A stretch of 64,000 nucleotides of DNA, from contig NC_043005.1 of assembly GCF_006345805.1 (NCBI RefSeq), positions 23,746,001 through 23,810,000 on the forward strand, read 5' to 3'. Below the pieces are notes generated by a model. The model ran no database searches. It was given only the letters and a program-made list of their open reading frames with translations, and was not told the origin of the DNA. This document shows positions 41,435 to 53,728 of the stretch, in pieces. Every line of letters starts with the position of its first letter. Within the stretch, counting starts at the first letter, position 1. Both the position numbers and the translations under genes were made by a program. The stretch comes from Octopus sinensis (Eukaryota).

Positions 41435-42880
41435 AAAATTGATCTAATTTAATTATAAATTTAAAACTACAATTAATACTATTAAAACATGTATATACAA
41501 AAGCCTAACTTAATACACCTCGTATGCTGGCTATCAAATAACAAATCTATCGCTAAGTATCTTACGAATAAACTTAAATTTAATATCTAACAATATAGAA
41601 TATATATATATATATATATGCGCGTGCGCGCGTGTTGCAGTATTGATTTATTGTAAGAAACCCACGCCAATGTGGTGGTGAAATGATCAAATATTTATAT
41701 TAGTGAAAAATGAACTTTTATATTAAAACTACTAAAATAGTCGATATCTCGGGTGAAAGCGCCCTGCTTCAAATAGTGATGAGAACAAATAATGCTCATG
41801 AGTGTTGTTTTGCAGTTTCAAGTCTGCACAGGGTTGTAAAGCCATGTGTTGTTGATCTATGAAGAAAACAGTGTTAATTGTATTGCACTAGTTAAGTATC
41901 AAAGTTCTTTTGTCATAGATCTGTTCAATAAGGGTAGACCTGGAGCAAAACAGTTACAAATCTTACTTTTAAGTTGAAGGAGGAATTGTTGACGGCTACA
42001 GATAGTTATCTTCCGTCATAAATACATCGTGAATAAAGGAAAATCTATGCTAATAGCATTTTTGGAAATTGTCATACAGTCTAGAAACGCACTAACTTTT
42101 TTATTTCTATTTCAGCTATTTGCCAAGTAAAAGCCTTGCAGGCAACTTGTACTGTATTTCAAACATTATATATATATATATTTAGAATATTCCCCATTGC
42201 GATGTCTAAAACTACTGAGGAGAAACAAAGGGGGAAAAACATTAACATTTAGTGATAAATGGGTCTCTATTAAGAAAATGCTACGAGGCATAAGTTGAAG
42301 TCTGTTAATGACAGGAATATGACACAAGGACGTTGGTATTATGCTATTATAGAGAAACAAAACAAAAGCTTTTAGAGTTTTCTGAATTTCTGAGACCAGT
42401 AATAAAATTGCAAAAAGGAAAATTCTACTAAAGCGTGACAATTTACACAGAATATTGTATAAGTGATTATTATAGAAGTTAAAGACAAAATTAATTTGAA
42501 GTTTTCAGTTGTTCGGGTTGATAAGTTTACCAGATTTAAGATATATCATGAAATTAGAAAATTAGAAGTTGCTGGTGAAAATAATGATAAAAACAAACAC
42601 AAACCCCAGCAGAGTCAGAAGCGACTATTCTAAGTATAGCACGCCATTTGATGACCTTGACAAGGAATACAGTTTTATAGTCGCTCACATATACAAAGGC
42701 AATGAAAACAGCTTTTTTTACTGGAAATGCTTACCAATGGAAACATTGGTAAATTCTGGTGAAGCAGGTGTCAGTTTCAAGCATAAGGAAGAACAACTTG
42801 TCCTTAAACAAGTATATATATACATACATACATACATACATACATACATAAATACATACATACATACATACATACATACA

Positions 42881-42926
<46 letters not shown>

Positions 42927-42940
42927 CATACATACATACA

Positions 42941-42976
<36 letters not shown>

Positions 42977-44069
42977 TGGCTAATACAGGTTAAAACTTTC
43001 GTAAATGGTAAGTTCTATCGACCTGGAGTTTTGAAGCGAGGGAGAAAAACTATATTTCCCTTCTATTATACAAATGCATGCGAGTGCAAAATATATCTTT
43101 TCAAAATGCGTTTACTGACGAATTTGTCGCAGTTCCACTTAATTTACGTGCTGTGGCTAAGATTCATAAAAATTGTATCAATATCTTACTATCTATTATT
43201 TGTTGGGTCCATCTCACTGAATGAAAGTTGGTTTCAGATTGTGGAAATGTCCTCGTGTTATTTGCAATCTAATGTCATATCTTTTTCACTAATGTGCCAG
43301 GAATTATTTAGATTATCAAATGCTATTATAAAAATGTTTTTAAAACTGTTTATCTTCCACGCCAATTTAAAATTGAGGATGCACTCGTTATAACTATTAT
43401 GGATATGACACATTATGACGTTCTCTCTTTTGAGATCATGGCTAAGATTTCGGCCTGTATTCATGTTTAACTATTTAATGATGTAGAGGCCTTTGATGCC
43501 TTTTAATGTTTGATAGAACACGAAAGAAAAAGACGCTGACAGTAAAAATAGCGGCCATAGAAAATCCACCAGTTTCTTTCACTATGTCTCGAGAATAAGG
43601 TATCAATAACTGTATTGCAGTTGACAACGATATTAAATTAACCCAATTTATTTTCTGATAAGAAGATTATCGGCTGTGCATTAAATTCTCAAAAATCGAG
43701 CTGCTGTAATTTGTTCTGACAAATGTGTTGATGGAAACGAAATGATTGAAAATATGTTTGGGATTAAAAGTCAATCAAGCATGGATATGATTCCTTCTTA
43801 CTTTGAACAAAATGCAAGTTTCTCTATGCAATATGAGATCATATTCTTGAAAATACATTGATCACTTTAAAATAAATGTCCGCAGACAAAAGTGGCATTA
43901 AGGAATTCTCTAAGAAATACGTTGAAAGAAGTGGATCTATAAATCAAACATCTGTGCAGGAAATTTTAGAATAAATTTTTGAATCTTGTAAAACAACGAA
44001 CGTTACCGTGTGGTTTTTCTTTTCTCTTAATTTTTATGTTTGATGTCTTATTTGTTTCCGTCATTAGAC

Positions 44070-44450
44070 AGCGGCCTTGCTGGGGCAACGACTCAAAAGC
44101 GTTTTGGTCAAACAAATAGAACCTTTTACGTATGATTCTTTTTTAAGCCTGGTACTTATTCTATCAGTATCCTTTGCCGAACCGCTAGGTTACGAGGATG
44201 TAAGCAAACCAGCACTGGCTGTCAAGCGGTGTTGTAGAACAAACGCAAACACTCACACACACACTCATACACGCACACACGCACACACGCACACACACAT
44301 ACATACACACTCACACACACACATCCAAGCTCTCTGCCAAATTCACTCACAGGCTCATGGATTTTGTTGAAGACACTTGTCCAAAGTGAGGTGCAGTGGG
44401 ACTGAACTTGGAACTACGTGGTTACAAAGCGTGGTTCTTAACCTCATAGC
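44070..44450 (-). mobile_element. Diverged SINE family Y
   Basis: GTACTTATTCTATC, GCCGAACCGCTAGG, GAAGACACTTGTCCAA and GGGACTGAAC are reverse complements of family Y motifs. Confidence 0.7.
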
Positions 44451-45033
44451 CTAAACAATTGTTTCTTCCTTCACCGAGTCTCGATCATACAACATACACA
44501 CACACACACACACGCACGCACATGCATACGCACACATACGCACACATACGCACACATACACACACACATGAACACACACACATACACACGCACACACACA
44601 AGCGCGCGCACGCACACACACATACGCGCGCACGCACATACATGTATACGCGCACGCACTCACTCACACGCGCAAGCATGCACACACACACACGCGCACA
44701 CATACGCGCACGCACGCACACGCGTGCATACAGGCACGCACTCACTCACACGCGCAAGCATGCACACACACACGTGCACACATACACGCACACACGCACA
44801 CACGCACGCACATGCATACACACACACACACACACACACACGCGCTTACACACACACAGAGTTAAGGAATGGAAGTGAAATACACATGACACTTGCAGGT
44901 TACTTGAAGCTGATGAGAATGCTGTGCTTTGTATCCAGTGGAGACATCTATTGGTCAATACTTGTATGGAAAGCACGAACAGAGAGGTCGTAACGGGTAG
45001 TTCTGGTCAAAATTCTTCCTCCATAGATTATCT

Positions 45034-45266
45034 ATTTCTTTATTACCCACAAGGGGCTAAGCACAGAGGGGACAAACAAAGACAGACATAGGTATTAAGT
45101 CGATTACATCGACCCCAGTGCGTAACTGGTACTTAATTTATCGACCCCGAAAGGATGAAAGGAAAAGTTGACCTCGGCGGAATTTGAACTCACAACGTAA
45201 CGGCAGACGAAATACCGCTAAGCATTTCGCCCGGCGTGCTAACGTTTCTGCCAGCTCGCCGCCTTA
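45034..45266 (-). mobile_element. Full-length SINE family X with Tx1-like tail (type A) and 11-bp TSD
   Basis: tRNA-like head AAGGCGGCGAGCTGGCAG..GAGTTCAAATTCC. The TSD ATAGATTATCT lies at 45023-45033 and 45267-45277. Confidence 0.88.
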
Positions 45267-46353
45267 ATAGATTATCTGTTGTTAAAGTGGGTGGCCTGTC
45301 ACCTCTGCCACCCGAGTGAAATCCGTTAAAAGTAGACAGAGGCCAGATGTTATTTAGTCATAGTGATCCTCGAGAGAGTAACAGAAAGAATAAAAGCTAT
45401 CTATCACTAAACACCATTTTACAGACGGTACAGTTTAATGTTGGTGAGGTTTCGCTGTCTTTTCAATAATGAAGGAAATCACTTAGCAGTTTCATTCATC
45501 ATTGGAACGCCAGGTGGCGGTGTTACATGGTGATGATGAGTTAAACCTGCAGCCGCCAAATGAACCAGGCTAATTTTTTTTATTATTAGATGTAAAGAAG
45601 AGAGAAATACGTTTCTTAATTAAAAATTTGACATGTAACAAGCAAGAATTAAAGATATGCAGATGAAGTTCAGAATTTTAATATATTTTGCTGGAAAAAC
45701 ATTCATATTAAACGAAAATATGCAGTGAAGAAATATTTTCAACTATTATGTATTCAATTCTAAAAAAAAAGTCTAAAACACACACACACACACACACACG
45801 CACACACGCACGCACATGCATACGCACACATACACACACACATGAACACACACACATACACACACACACGCACACATACGCGCACGCACGCACACGCGTG
45901 CATACAGGCACGCACTCACTCACACGCGCAAGCATGCACACACACACACGTGCACACATACACGCACACACGCACACACGCACACACGCACGCACATGCA
46001 TACGCACACATACACACACACACGCACACACACATACACACACACACGCACACACACATACGCGCGCACGCACACACACATACGCGCGCACGCACATACA
46101 TGTATACGCGCACGCACTCACTCACACGCGCAAGCATACACACACACACACACACACACACGCGCTTACACACACACAGAGTTAAGGAATGGAAGTGAAA
46201 TACACATGACACTTGCAGGTTACTTGAAGCTGATGAGAATGCTGTGCTTTGTATCCAGTGGAGACATCTATTGGTCAATACTTGTATGGAAAGCACGAAC
46301 AGAGAGGTCGTAACGGGTAGTTCTGGTCAAAATTCTTCCTCCATAGATTATCT

Positions 46354-46586
46354 ATTTCTTTATTACCCACAAGGGGCTAAACATAGAGGGGACAAACAAA
46401 GACAGACATAGGTATCAAGTCGATTACATCGACCCCAGTGCGTAACTGGTACTTAATTTATCGACCCCGAAAGGATGAAAGGCAAAGTCGACCTCGGCGG
46501 AATTTGAACTCACAACGTAACGGCAGACGAAATACCGCTAAGCATTTCGCCCGGCGTGCTAACGTTTCTGCCAGCCCGCCGCCTTA
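46354..46586 (-). mobile_element. Duplicate of the tail-A SINE inside the tandem duplication
   Basis: Same sequence and TSD at offset 1320. Confidence 0.88.
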
Positions 46587-47362
46587 ATAGATTATCTGTT
46601 GTTAAAGTGGGTGGCCTGTCACCTCTGCCACCCGAGTGAAATCCGTTAAAAGTAGACAGAGGCCAGATGTTATTTAGTCATAGTGATCCTCGAGAGAGTA
46701 ACAGAAAGAATAAAAGCTATCTATCACTAAACACCATTTTACAGACGGTACAGTTTAATGTTGGTGAGGTTTCGCTGTCTTTTCAATAATGTTTCATTCA
46801 TCATTGGAACGCCAGGTGGCGGTGTTACATGGTGATGATGAGTTAAACCTGCAGCCGCCGAATGAACCAGGCTAATTTTTTTTATTATTAGATGTAAAGA
46901 AGAGAGAAATACGTTTCTTAATTAAAAATTTGACATGTAACAAGCAAGAATTAAAGATATGCAGATGAAGTTCAGAATTTTAATATATTTTGCTGGAAAA
47001 ACATTCATATTAAACGAAAATATGCAGTGAAGAAATATTTTCAACTATTATGTATTCAATTCTAAAAAAAAAGTCTAAAACACACACACACACACACGCA
47101 CACAAACATCAACACACACACATATACACACACAAATACACACACAAATACACGAGAGCAACAAGAAGAAAAATAGAGAAAATCGAATACTTCATTTGAT
47201 AGTATAGTTTGCAGTGTAATTGGAAAGAGTGAAGCCCGTTTAACATGATTATTCTCTAAATTACTTTGGTATTAAACTCATTTAATTAAACAAGAATATT
47301 AAATAGGTTATGAAGTGGAATCTTATTAATATTCTGATCCGTTGAATAACATTCACGCACAC

Positions 47363-47393
<31 letters not shown>

Positions 47394-47400
47394 GTATTTG

Positions 47401-47451
<51 letters not shown>

Positions 47452-48360
47452 AAAGAATGATTTATTCGCGATCAGAGTTGTTCGATAACCGAGGTACTAC
47501 TGTATATATATGTTATATAGAACTGAAGAAATTTGGATTCAACCGTACTCCTGTACGGTTGGACATTTATTTTCAATCACTACAATTGTTTCTACTCAAC
47601 GTAGTTCTCCAGGTGTGCAGGTACTTGATTATGCAATCGTTTCTCTGCATCATGTGATCTAATTGTCTTTCCTCAGGCATAATTATCTCCATATGTTCAA
47701 ATTCTCGGCTTCAAGAACATCCTCTCCGTCTGGCCTGGAGTTAGTAGTAGCCACTGAATTTATCAAAGGCGTGTTGTTGCTGAAGGACGCTTTAACAACA
47801 ACACACCTTTGATAGATCCTTTTATTATTCCTTTAGCCTGAACGTTAAAGTCCCATAGCATCTTATATTTCTTACTTTCCAGTACTGTACTAGGTTCGTG
47901 CTTATAAAATTTATCATTATGGTAAAATCCTAGCTTTCTCCATAATTCCCAGTCTATTATTTTCTCTGGGTTGTCATGTCTTTTCTTGTATTCTCTCTGT
48001 GTCAGCATACTACACTCACTAACTGTCTGAGTAACACTCTCCTCCTTTGATTTACATAACCTACATTGGGAATCTATCAGATCCTTGTCTGCGTTGGCTT
48101 TTATCCAATTGGTTCTCAATGCTTGATTTTTTCTGCTACTAACAAGCTTTCTGTCTCCCTTTTCAGATTTTCTTTATGCAACCATAACCATGTCTCACTA
48201 TTACTATTTCTTGCATCTATCATTGGAAATCTACCATGCAAATCCTTCTCTTCCTAGTCACATAATATTGCTACTTTTCCTGGTTTTTAGCTTCAATTGG
48301 CTTTTTGGTTTCCCAATCTCCTACTGTGACTCTAACAACTCTTAATAAAATTTCTTCGAG

Positions 48361-48610
48361 CAAGGCACTTTATTTCACGTTGCTCCAGTTCACTCAGCTG
48401 TAGAAATGAGTTGCGACGTCACTGGTGCCAAGCTGTATCGACCTTTGTCTTCCATTGGATAACACTGGTGGCGTGGAGAGGGGAGGCTGGTATACATGGG
48501 CGACTGCTGGTCTTCCATAAACAACCTTTCCCGGACTTGTGTCTAGGAGGGTAACTTTCTAGGTGCAATCCCATGGTCATTCATGACCGAAGGGGGTCTT
48601 TACCCTTACT
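48361..48610 (+). mobile_element. Partial SINE (core and tail)
   Basis: CAAGGCACTTTATTTCAC..TTCACTCAGCTGTAGAAATGAGT is a core-type motif; GC-richer than the flanks. Confidence 0.5.
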
Positions 48611-49237
48611 ACCAACATAGGAGTCTATATCTACTCTAGCTAACTCACTCTTCTACTGATATTAACGCTCTTCCACCTTCCTTTCGAGGTAAGTATCATA
48701 TTGTCACTTCTCTTGAGTAAAGTCATATTGAATTCCTTCCTAATTCATATTTTGTCCAGTATACAAAAGCAGCTGAATATCTAAGTAACAATATTGCTCA
48801 TGTATTTACAACTGTCACTAGATTCAGGCCATTTAACTTTGACTTCATTAGCTTTATCACTCTTCTGATGTACTTCTCAATTTTCGTTTCAATTTCTATA
48901 GTTTGTACTCTGTCAGATTCTAATATTCCTAGATACTTATAACACTTCTTTCAGTGATTTTAACACCTGGCTATCTGGTAATTGAATTGCCTTCACTGTT
49001 GACAACCTGTCTCTTTTTATAACTAACATTGTGCGCTTATCTATACCAAAATCTGTACCTATCTATATCATTGCTGAAGAGTCTTAGTTTGAATTAAGGA
49101 ATCTATCAATTTTGTATTCTTACTAAAATGCTTCAGATCATCTATGGTTAATTTTTCCTTTGCTACTGCTAAACTGATACCCTGCCTTTCTCTTTCTCAG
49201 TACTAAATTGAAGGAGATTAAGCATAACGCAAATATT

Positions 49238-49388
49238 CTTTCCTACTCTAGGCACAAGGCCCAAACTTTTGGGGGAGGGGGTGAATCGATGAGATCGACC
49301 CCAGTACACAACTGGTACTTAATTTATCGACCCCGAAAGGATGAAAGGCAAAGTCGACCTCGGCGGAATTTGAACTCAGAACGTAAAG
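49238..49388 (-). mobile_element. 5'-truncated SINE family X, tail B, 16-bp TSD
   Basis: The TSD GCATAACGCAAATATT lies at 49222-49237 and 49389-49404. The family X core is present. Confidence 0.85.
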
Positions 49389-50109
49389 GCATAACGCAAA
49401 TATTAAAGGGGATAACGAGTCTCAATGGAAAATTTCTCTCTTGATATTAACTTTCCCTTAGACTGTGTCACCTGAATAGAGATCTACTTTCTATTTCTTC
49501 ATGCTAAAGCAACTTAATTCTCTTATGTTGTCCGCAATACTGAATATACTCAAACATTCACTTATCCATGACTATAAAATCATGTCATAGGCTTTCTTAC
49601 AGTCTATCCATGTTATTGCTAATGTTTTCTTTCTAGATTTCACTTCTTATAGAACTGCTTTGTCTATGTACCATGCGTTCCTCTAGTCTTCCTGCAACCT
49701 TTCTGTTTTTCTGGCAGCAAATTCTGGCTGTTAAGGTGCTCCTGACTACTTTCTGTAAGCAAGTCTATAATTATTGGCTACATTTCCCTGCTTTTGTCAT
49801 TCATAAGGAGTTTTGTGTTTCCTCTAGTCATCCAATCTATATTACTCCTCCATTCAGGCAATCCTGGAGTTGTTCCCTCAGTCTCTCATGTAAGCAATCA
49901 AATTTCTTTAACCAGTAGCCTTGAACTAAATCTGGTCCTGGGCCCTTCCAATTCAACATATTTCCTAAAAAGTTTACTCATTAATGCACTATTTAGTCTT
50001 AGATCTCATAATTACTTCTACCCTTACTTTCTTTAACCATGCTGTATCTCCATTACGATTGACTGAATTATCTCAAATAATACTCCAGAACTTTCTAGTT
50101 GCCTCTGAA

Positions 50110-51150
50110 TTAGATTTCCCTTCTTGTTGGCGGGGGTAATCGTCAACAACCGTTGGTGGATAGCCCTAAGGGCTACTAGAGTAGAAGCAGTATGTTTTAG
50201 TAAGGAAATAGCCTTAGATGAATCTAGGATAGAGAGAGAGAGAGAACTAGTTAGGAAGCTAGATGAGGCACTTATAAGCGGCACTGCGACTGATGAAATG
50301 GCGGCGAGATTGGCTCTTGATCAATTTTTCAATGCCAAGTACGAAGGTTGCGTTGTCAGAGCTAGGGCGCGTGCTCTAAGATATGAGAGAACGAAAGCTG
50401 TTCGATGGAGTCGGGTGGCAGAGGTGCAAGGTGGAAACAAAGCCATTATTTAGTCATTGACGGGCTAGGACGGGCGTATGCTACACAAATCCAAGCAAAT
50501 GTTATGGAGTTTCAGCGGCACTTCGCAGAACTGTTCGGGGCGCGCGGTGTATTGGGAATGGAGGTGAATTTCACCTCCTACCTAGACGGCATGCCGCTTC
50601 TTTCAACCAGGTATGAGGAGGTCTACGAAATGCTGATAATAGCCGAAGACATACGGGACGCGATGACGAGTTGCCCAAAGAAGAAGTTTCCGGGTCTGAA
50701 TGGTCTGCCCTTTCAGCTTTATCTTCATATGCCAGACTTGTTCGGAGATGCCTTGTTGGATGTCTACCACAACTAGCAGCAGAACGAGAGAATACCCAGT
50801 GCTGTGAGCCGTGGTGTGTTGGTGCTGCTGAGAATAAGGGGCAATAATTAGATAATTTTAGGCCCATAACTCTGCTGAACACAGATTATAAGATTTGGTT
50901 AAGGTATTAGCTAAGAAGTTGGCGCTTGTCGTCGATAAGCTGGTAGGTGACGCACAGACACACGCTATCCCGAAAAAATCTATCCACAACAACCGCCACC
51001 TCACACACTACATCATAGAGAGGGAAATGAAGGAACCTGGCTTGGATGGGGCCCTGATCAATTTGGATCAAACGAAAACTTTTGTCACAGTCGACCATAA
51101 ATACTAGGAGGCTGTCCACGCGGCGGCCGGTTTCGGTCTCATTTTCAGAG
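50110..51150 (+). mobile_element. Older internal fragment of a Tx1-like ORF2
   Basis: IVNNRWW, ARLALDQ, PGLNGLPF..HMPDLFG and ALINLDQ are homologous to copies 4 and 5. Many stops; neither end is present. Confidence 0.82.
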
Positions 51151-51250
51151 GTTGTTTCAAATTTTTGTCACAAGGCCAGCAATTTCGGAGAAAAGACAAA
51201 CGCATAGAAACATTCTGTTCATAAGACAGACGCATCTCTGCAAGACTCTC

Positions 51251-51487
51251 CAGTCGTGGCCAAAAGTTTGGAACATTAAAAAAAAAATTTTAATTGCTAT
51301 GTCCAATATACGCTCCGACCAAATATAACTTTTGGCATTTAATACAAAAATTCTAATTTCAGACCTATTTACAAAAATTTTATCCAAACAATGTCATAAC
51401 ACATTAATAAAAAAGATAAAGCTAGAACAGATTGACAATCTCTTCTTGCACACCTGGATAATACAGTCGTGGGTAAAAGTTTGAAAC
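51251..51487 (+). mobile_element. Two Tc1/mariner-like left-TIR starts
   Basis: CAGTCGTGGCCAAAAGTTTGGAAC at 51251 and TA|CAGTCGTGGGTAAAAGTTTGAAAC at 51464. No matching right TIR or transposase was found. Confidence 0.4.
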
Positions 51488-51656
51488 GTAGGTAAGAAAA
51501 TTAGAATATTTTTATAACGTAAGGCAACCTGTTCTAGTTTTAGCTTTTTCTTTTTTTTAATGTGTTATATTTTTATGTTTACTTGTGAACTACTTCCTGT
51601 TTTACTTGAAATTGTAAACCCCTAAAATTCCTCTTTAACTTTTCTAGACATTCATA

Positions 51657-52065
51657 GGCGCAGGAGTGGCTGTGTGGTAAGTAGCTTGCTAACCAACCAC
51701 ATGGTTCCGGGTTCAGTCCCACTGCGTGGCATCTTGGGCAAGTGTCTTCTACTATAGCCCCGGGCCGACCAATGCCTTGTGAGTGGATTTGGTAGACGGA
51801 AACTGAAAGAAGCCTGTCGTATATATGTATATATATATATATGTGTGTGTTTGTGTGTCTGTGTTTGTTCCCCTAGCATTGCTTGACAACCGATGCTGGT
51901 GTGTTTACGTCCCCGTTACTTAGCGGTTCGGCAAAAGAGACCGATAGAATAAGTACTGGGCTTACAAAAAAAAGAATAAGTCCCGGGGTCGAGTTGCTCG
52001 ACTAAAGGCGGTGCTCCAGCATGGCCGCAGTCAAATGACTGAAACAAGTAAATGAGAATAAATGA
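51657..52065 (+). mobile_element. Full-length SINE family Y
   Basis: A-box TGGCTGTGTGG, B-box GGTTCAGTCC, core, internal TA/TG tract and a 3' body ending GACTGAAACAAGTAAA. Confidence 0.85.
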
Positions 52066-52693
52066 GAGAGAGTCTCATCTTCTTGATGAAGTGATTAGTA
52101 TTGGTATTTCTTGAAATTACTTTATAACAGACAGAAGTAATATGGATGCTGTTAATGTTGATATTTCTGCGAGAATTGGAACATTTTTCCTCTACGTTTC
52201 TCTTCCACTCTAGAATCAACTTAATTTTTCTATACATTGTATTGTGCAATCAGTATTGCTTCTATCATTTATTTTCTATTCTTTTGCATAAAGTTGTGTA
52301 GCTGTGTTATCTACAAATGCTTTCCTACCTGGATCTATTATTATAGATGTTATATTCCTTTTGCTCCAGGGCATAAGAACACTGTAGACAGGATTCGTGG
52401 AGTTAACTTTCCCTTCTTAATGAAATTTCAAATCACTATAGTTATTATTAATTTCTTGACGAATATAGAAATATGATTTTTGTTAGCAACGGTTTTTTTA
52501 TTTAAGTTTTTGAATAATATTATTTGTGATAGTGAATGGCTGTTGGCATGCGTTTTATCTTCTGTTTTGTGTGAATTTTGATAATGGTTTTATCTATTAT
52601 AAGCTTGGTATGTATTTAATTCATGTAATAATACACTCTATGCGCATTTTGTTTATTCTTCATAGGTTACGTGTCTACTTTATGTCATGTATT

Positions 52694-52739
<46 letters not shown>

Positions 52740-52763
52740 TATATATATATATATACATATGTG

Positions 52764-52813
<50 letters not shown>

Positions 52814-52984
52814 CATATATATATGTATATATATATAAATATATATATACATCCATCCATCCATACATTCATACATACATGCATATATATACATACGCAC
52901 ACAATATATATTTGTTTAATATTACAATTAATTTTAACTGTCTTCACACATAGTACATATTTATAAATGCGTATACATATCCAT

Positions 52985-53051
<67 letters not shown>

Positions 53052-53728
53052 CATGCATGTATGTATGTATCTGTGTGTGTGTGTTTAAGTCAAGGATGTC
53101 CCTCCATAATTCATTGAAAGCATATTTAATGCGACGTTATCGATTATATTTCTGGCTTTATTATCCAATTATTGATTCTTAGGTTGTGAATCTATCACAA
53201 CAGTTGAAATATAGGGTCGAAGAACATAAACAAAAACACATTATTGATCATTGAAAATCTTCTTAATCGATTATGGAAATGCCGTGGCAGAAGATGGGGG
53301 GTTAAAAATATACAATATTTAAGAATCGATTGACTAGGAATGATCTAGAGAGACGTCGTAAAATAAACGAAGATCTTAAAACAAAATGGAAGCAAATATA
53401 TTTCGACCCCTTTTCGTATAAAATATTAAAAAATTTATTTTTAAGTAAAAGATACGAAATTAGATCAATGCAAATAAGTGAAACGAAACGTAAAGAAAGA
53501 CACCATTTAACAACAAGACAATCATCCGTCGAGTTGAGCCTGCAATTTGTTTTGGAAATTCAGTTACCGAAATATTACTCCACTCGTGATGCCTAAGTGT
53601 TTACTAGACAACGTCTAATCACTCGATTTGCTAGAAATGACGACAAAATTCCTGTAAGCGACACTTTTTTAACGGCCACTCTCGTAAGCACGTATGACCT
53701 GCCAGGGATCTTTGGTATATGGATTAAT

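Larger units (their letters stand above)
44480..47100. repeat. ~1.3 kb tandem duplication bounded by CA/CG-rich cryptic satellite
   Basis: 44839-45779 matches 46159-47081 at offset 1320, then 1302 after an 18-bp deletion in copy 2. I counted 7 substitutions. Confidence 0.92.
47640..50030 (-). mobile_element. Degraded R4/Dong-like LINE remnant interrupted by SINEs
   Basis: ORF 47763-48119: CRLCKSKEESVTQTVSEC..EYKKRHDN..EP..VLE..KMLWDFNVQ (CCHC plus pre-REL region). Upstream minus-strand RT-like fragments include YKYLGIL near 48940. Boundaries are approximate. Confidence 0.65.

Noticed and set aside
42090-42126. Plus-strand branch point plus acceptor (CACTAAC..TTTCAG)
   Set aside because: No convincing donor or open exon follows, and such motifs are common in AT-rich DNA.
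42735-42802. Candidate 68-nt minus-strand exon (TTTAAG|..TTG|GTAAGC, two open frames)
   Set aside because: The pyrimidine tract is weak, no recognisable protein is encoded and no partner exons were found. RNA-seq would be needed.
45150-45266. tRNA gene calls for this and the other A/B-box heads
   Set aside because: They lack a complete cloverleaf and continue into shared SINE cores and tails.
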